The notes under the pieces are model-generated. The model had not been told where the DNA came from and did no database searches. It saw only the letters and a list, made by a program, of their open reading frames with translations. From Sulfolobus acidocaldarius DSM 639 (GTDB lineage: Archaea > Thermoproteota > Thermoprotei_A > Sulfolobales > Sulfolobaceae): a stretch of DNA of 32,000 bases. The position numbers and the translations under genes were made by a program. How positions within the stretch are numbered: position 1 is the first letter of the stretch; each line of letters begins with the position of its first letter. Shown here one piece after another: positions 29,031 to 32,000 of this stretch. Location of the stretch: positions 1,950,001 to 1,982,000 of the forward strand of contig NC_007181.1 in assembly GCF_000012285.1 (NCBI RefSeq). Reading direction: 5' to 3'.

Positions 29031-30698
29031 ATGAAAGAAGATAGACCTTGGTTTAAATATTGGCCTCCCAAACTACCAAAGACTTTGGATTACCCTAAGG
29101 CTCCTCTGTTCAATATATTGGAGGTCTCAGCTAACAGATACCCTGATAAGGATGCAATAATTTACTATGGGACAAGGATAAAGTATGAAAAATTATTGAG
29201 TAATACACTGAAATTTTCCTCCTTCTTGTATAATGAGCTTGGCATAAAGAAGGGAGATAGAGTGGCAATATTTATGCCTAACTCTGTTCAGTGGATAATA
29301 GCTTACTTTGGAATACTCAGGGCTAATGCTGTAGTAGTTCCAATAAATCCATTGATAGCTGAAGACGAGCTCAACTATATCCTTAAGGATTCGGGTTCAG
29401 TGGCTGTCGTGACTCTCTCATCTCAGTTGCCTAAAGTTATGAAGGCTATCCAAGGAACTGAAGTGAGGAACGTTATTTCCGGAATGTTCAGAGATTATCT
29501 ATCCTCCTCCCCGGAAATTAAGGTTCATCCCCTAATGCTAAAGGAACCTGAGATTCAAGGTGATGTAATAAAGTGGAAGGAGTCAATAAGTAGTAATAAA
29601 CCATTACCAGAAGTAAGTGTAACTAGCGAGGACATAGCCCTTATCCCCTATACCTCTGGCACAACAGGGTTTCCTAAGGGATGTATTCACACCCACTCCA
29701 CAATATGGCCAACAGTTATTGGCTCAGCTTTCTGGAACATGGTTACACCCTCTGCAATTGGTCTAGCATCATTGCCTCTTTTCCATGTTACGGGGTTTGT
29801 CCACAGTCTCAATACTCCAATGTACGTGGGGGGAACTATAGTTTTAATGTCCATATGGGACAGGGAAGCTGCCCTTGATGCCATAGAGAAATATAAGGTA
29901 ACCCATTGGACTAACATATCCACTATGGTAGTAGATCTACTTTCAACCCCCGGAATTGAGAAGAGGGATCTAAGTTCATTGGTAATGGTAGGAGGAGGTG
30001 GAGCTGCTATGCCTGAGGCTGTTGCCAAGAAATTAAGGGAACTAACTGGACTCGATTATGTAGAGGGTTATGGATTGACAGAGACTATGTCTCAAACACA
30101 TGTGAATCCACCACATAGACCAAAACTTCAATGTCTAGGAATTCCCCACTTCGGTGTAGATGCCCTAGTTGTGGATGCCTCAACTGGAGAAGTCCTTCCA
30201 CCAAATAAGGAAGGAGAAATTGTGGTCAAATGTCCTAGTCTCTTTAAAGGTTATTGGAGAAAAGAAGAAGAGACTAGAAAATCCTTTATCACAATAAATG
30301 GTACTGAATATTTTAGAACTGGAGACCTAGGCTACATGGACGACGAGGGTTATTTCTTTATTGTTGATAGAGTGAAAAGAATGATAAATAGAGCAGGTTT
30401 TAAGGTGTGGCCTACAAAGGTAGAGAACAAATTATACCAACACCCAGCCATATTGGAGGCATGCGTAGTTTCGACACCTGACCCTAGAGTAGGTGAGGAA
30501 GTAAAGGCTTATGTAGTGTTGAGACCTGAGTTTAGAGGTAAAGTTACCGAGGAGGATATTATAAAGTGGAGTAAGGAGCACATGAGTGCTTATGAGTACC
30601 CTAGAGTTGTAGAGTTTGTGGACTCACTGCCTAAAAGCGGTTCTGGAAAAATATTATGGAGGGTCCTGCAGGATAAGGAGAAGAATAAGTCCCATTGA
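29031..30698 (+). CDS. AMP-forming acyl-CoA synthetase (ANL superfamily, medium/long-chain type)
   Basis: 555 aa. 'IPYTSGTTGFPKGCIHTH', 'EGYGLTET', 'FRTGDLGYMDDEGYFFIVDRVKRMI', 'LPKSGSGKILWR'. Confidence 0.9.
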   Translation: MKEDRPWFKYWPPKLPKTLDYPKAPLFNILEVSANRYPDKDAIIYYGTRIKYEKLLSNTLKFSSFLYNELGIKKGDRVAIFMPNSVQWIIAYFGILRANAVVVPINPLIAEDELNYILKDSGSVAVVTLSSQLPKVMKAIQGTEVRNVISGMFRDYLSSSPEIKVHPLMLKEPEIQGDVIKWKESISSNKPLPEVSVTSEDIALIPYTSGTTGFPKGCIHTHSTIWPTVIGSAFWNMVTPSAIGLASLPLFHVTGFVHSLNTPMYVGGTIVLMSIWDREAALDAIEKYKVTHWTNISTMVVDLLSTPGIEKRDLSSLVMVGGGGAAMPEAVAKKLRELTGLDYVEGYGLTETMSQTHVNPPHRPKLQCLGIPHFGVDALVVDASTGEVLPPNKEGEIVVKCPSLFKGYWRKEEETRKSFITINGTEYFRTGDLGYMDDEGYFFIVDRVKRMINRAGFKVWPTKVENKLYQHPAILEACVVSTPDPRVGEEVKAYVVLRPEFRGKVTEEDIIKWSKEHMSAYEYPRVVEFVDSLPKSGSGKILWRVLQDKEKNKSH

Positions 30699-30762
30699 GG
30701 AGTGGTCTTATTTAGCCTAAAAATAATCTTATCATGACATATGTCCCGTTCTTGCCACTGTA

Positions 30763-31098
30763 TTAGATGCCACTGCACCTATAAGAGTCGTAAAGAGTGA
30801 CATGAAAACAATAACCCTGAAATTCCACCTGATTTAATGCGTTAAGAGATAGTTCAATGGTAGCCACAACAAGCCCTGTTTCTCTCCTGTGGATCATTCC
30901 CAGTGCAACAGCGTTAGCAGTCTTCAAGTTCTCAGTGAAAAAGGTAAGCAAAAGGAAATACACCTAAGTACTTGAATAGTGATGCGATTCCAGTGAGCTC
31001 TAATAGAAGTAACAGGATATTCATATTAAATATCCTCAAATCCACTTGCGCCCCGGTAACTACAAAGAAAAGAGATCCGAAGATACATTATAATACAT
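30763..31098 (-). pseudogene. Relic of a cation:proton antiporter (CPA2-like) C-terminal portion, broken by at least 2 frameshifts
   Basis: Minus-strand fragments in three frames read 'SSDLFSL', 'FFVVTGAQVDLRIFNMNILLLLLELTGIASLFKYLGVFPFAYLF' and 'FTENLKTANAVALGMIHRRETGLVVATIELSLNALNQ'. Together they resemble the CPA2 pattern (..plFFv.vG..vdl ... g.s.r.a...g..m..RGE..lv.a..g). There is no continuous ORF. Confidence 0.45.
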
Positions 31099-31116
31099 TA
31101 GTTTCCTCCTTTACCT

Positions 31117-31592
31117 TTATTGTATGTAATTTATTGCAGGGATATTCTCTTGGATAGTGTATATTGAGACAACAAGTGAGATAATGCTAGTTAATTTTTC
31201 TAATGTGAGCTCTTTTTCCTTTTTCCTTGTTCTCTCGACAGGTATCCTGACTAATGAAAAGCTATCTGAAACTGAAATTAAGAGATAGCTTAGTAATGTA
31301 AGACCGTCTAGGAGTAGGAAAGTTGAATATGTCCCGAAAAAGTGTATGGAGACGATAACGAGAATAAAGCAAATTGTAGCAAAGAGACTTCAGCGTTAGA
31401 TGGTCTGTTGTCACGACTTTTGAATAGGAAACTAGGCATAAAATTGTTTTGAGACATGGAGAACATAATTCTTGACACTGTTATTATATATGCAATACCA
31501 CCTAAAACACCTCCGTTAAGTGCCGAAAAAATAAGGTAAATAAATTGAATGGCAAGGAGTCCCTTATCAATTGAAGACCAATATAAAACTAT
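31117..31592 (-). pseudogene. Relic of an APC-family amino-acid/polyamine permease (internal/C-terminal part only), 5'-truncated and frameshifted
   Basis: The minus strand reads 'LNGGVLGGIAYIITVSRIMFSMSQNNFMPSFLFKSRDNRPSNA', which fits the APC 'sR..fa+a.dg.lP..f.kv....P..A' signature. It then continues as 'SLFATICFILVIVSIHFFGTYSTFLLLDGLTLLSYLLISVS..' in another frame, with an apparent 1-nt loss in a T-run near 31385-31395. There is no start codon. About 280 N-terminal residues have no room before the next gene. Confidence 0.5.
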
Positions 31593-31674
31593 CTAATAAT
31601 AATATCTTTATTTGAACCGTGTAATTCTATTTCTCACGACATTTGGGCTAGAGTAAAAGAGCGAAAATATAACA

Positions 31675-32000
31675 TCACTTAACTACTCTGTTAACTAATA
31701 TTCCTATTTTTTCTATATAAAGTTCGACTAAACTTCCTGGTCTCAACAGTCTTCCATTGTCAAGCCCACAACAACCAGATATAGTCCCAGACCCAAATAT
31801 ATCTCCTGGTCTAATGTACTCGTCTTGAGATACGTATGAAATCATGTCCTCAAAGCTCCATTGCATATCCTCAGCCTTAGTATCACACCACTTCTCCCCA
31901 TCCACACTAGCATATGCCCTAAGCCCCTTAATCTCGCCCACTTCATCTTTAGTCACGATCCATGGTCCCAGACCGTTTGCAAAATCCTTCCCCTTTGCAG
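31675..32000 (-). CDS. Fumarylacetoacetate hydrolase (FAH)-family protein, C-terminal part (gene continues beyond the window)
   Basis: The frame is open to the window edge. '..AKGKDFANGLGPWIVTKDEV....DMISYVSQDEYIRPGDIFGSGTISG' is a typical FAH/2-keto-4-pentenoate hydratase-like C-terminal domain. Confidence 0.85.
   Translation of the reverse strand, partial: AKGKDFANGLGPWIVTKDEVGEIKGLRAYASVDGEKWCDTKAEDMQWSFEDMISYVSQDEYIRPGDIFGSGTISGCCGLDNGRLLRPGSLVELYIEKIGILVNRVVK

Noticed and set aside
30763-31157. ORFs 30763-30963 (minus) and 30972-31157 (plus) as real small genes
   Set aside because: The minus ORF is one frame of the CPA2-like relic and begins mid-domain. The plus ORF is antisense to relic sequence and has no motif.

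Overview
AT-rich crenarchaeal (Sulfolobales-type) chromosomal segment. TATA boxes sit about 25-30 nt upstream of most start codons, which fits leaderless mRNAs. From memory, three features suggest Sulfolobus acidocaldarius or a very close relative, around the barR locus: a SacPox-like phosphotriesterase-like lactonase (17961-18908), an Lrp-type regulator divergent from a class-III aminotransferase across exactly 170 bp, and a malonyl-CoA reductase-like ASD homologue. I could not run any search to confirm this. I count about 27 intact protein genes, almost all metabolic or transport. They comprise two amidohydrolase-2 enzymes, two Zn-ADHs, an SDR, two M20 hydrolases, a DmpA/S58 aminopeptidase and an arginase-family ureohydrolase. 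There are also a GS-like ligase, 4-hydroxybutyryl-CoA dehydratase, malonyl/succinyl-CoA reductase, two adenylate-forming CoA ligases, a Cys-free TrxR-like FNR, three MFS transporters and one EamA transporter. I saw no rRNA, tRNA, CRISPR array, transposase or integrase. The items most worth a second look are listed here. (1) An orphan coiled-coil plus PD-(D/E)XK-like gene carries a perfect 54-bp x3.4 in-frame tandem repeat. (2) An in-frame TAA lies between an amidohydrolase and a DUF59-like domain that has no start codon of its own. (3) A GS-like enzyme lacks visible canonical ammonium-site motifs and is translationally coupled to an amidohydrolase. (4) Hydrolase families that include beta-alanine-releasing members cluster around the beta-alanine regulator and aminotransferase. 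(5) A compact gene set could encode the succinyl-CoA to crotonyl-CoA branch of the 3HP/4HB cycle. (6) Decayed transporter gene relics lie at 30.7-31.6 kb. All functional calls are family-level inferences from motifs read by eye. I found no clearly novel multi-gene system such as a defence system.
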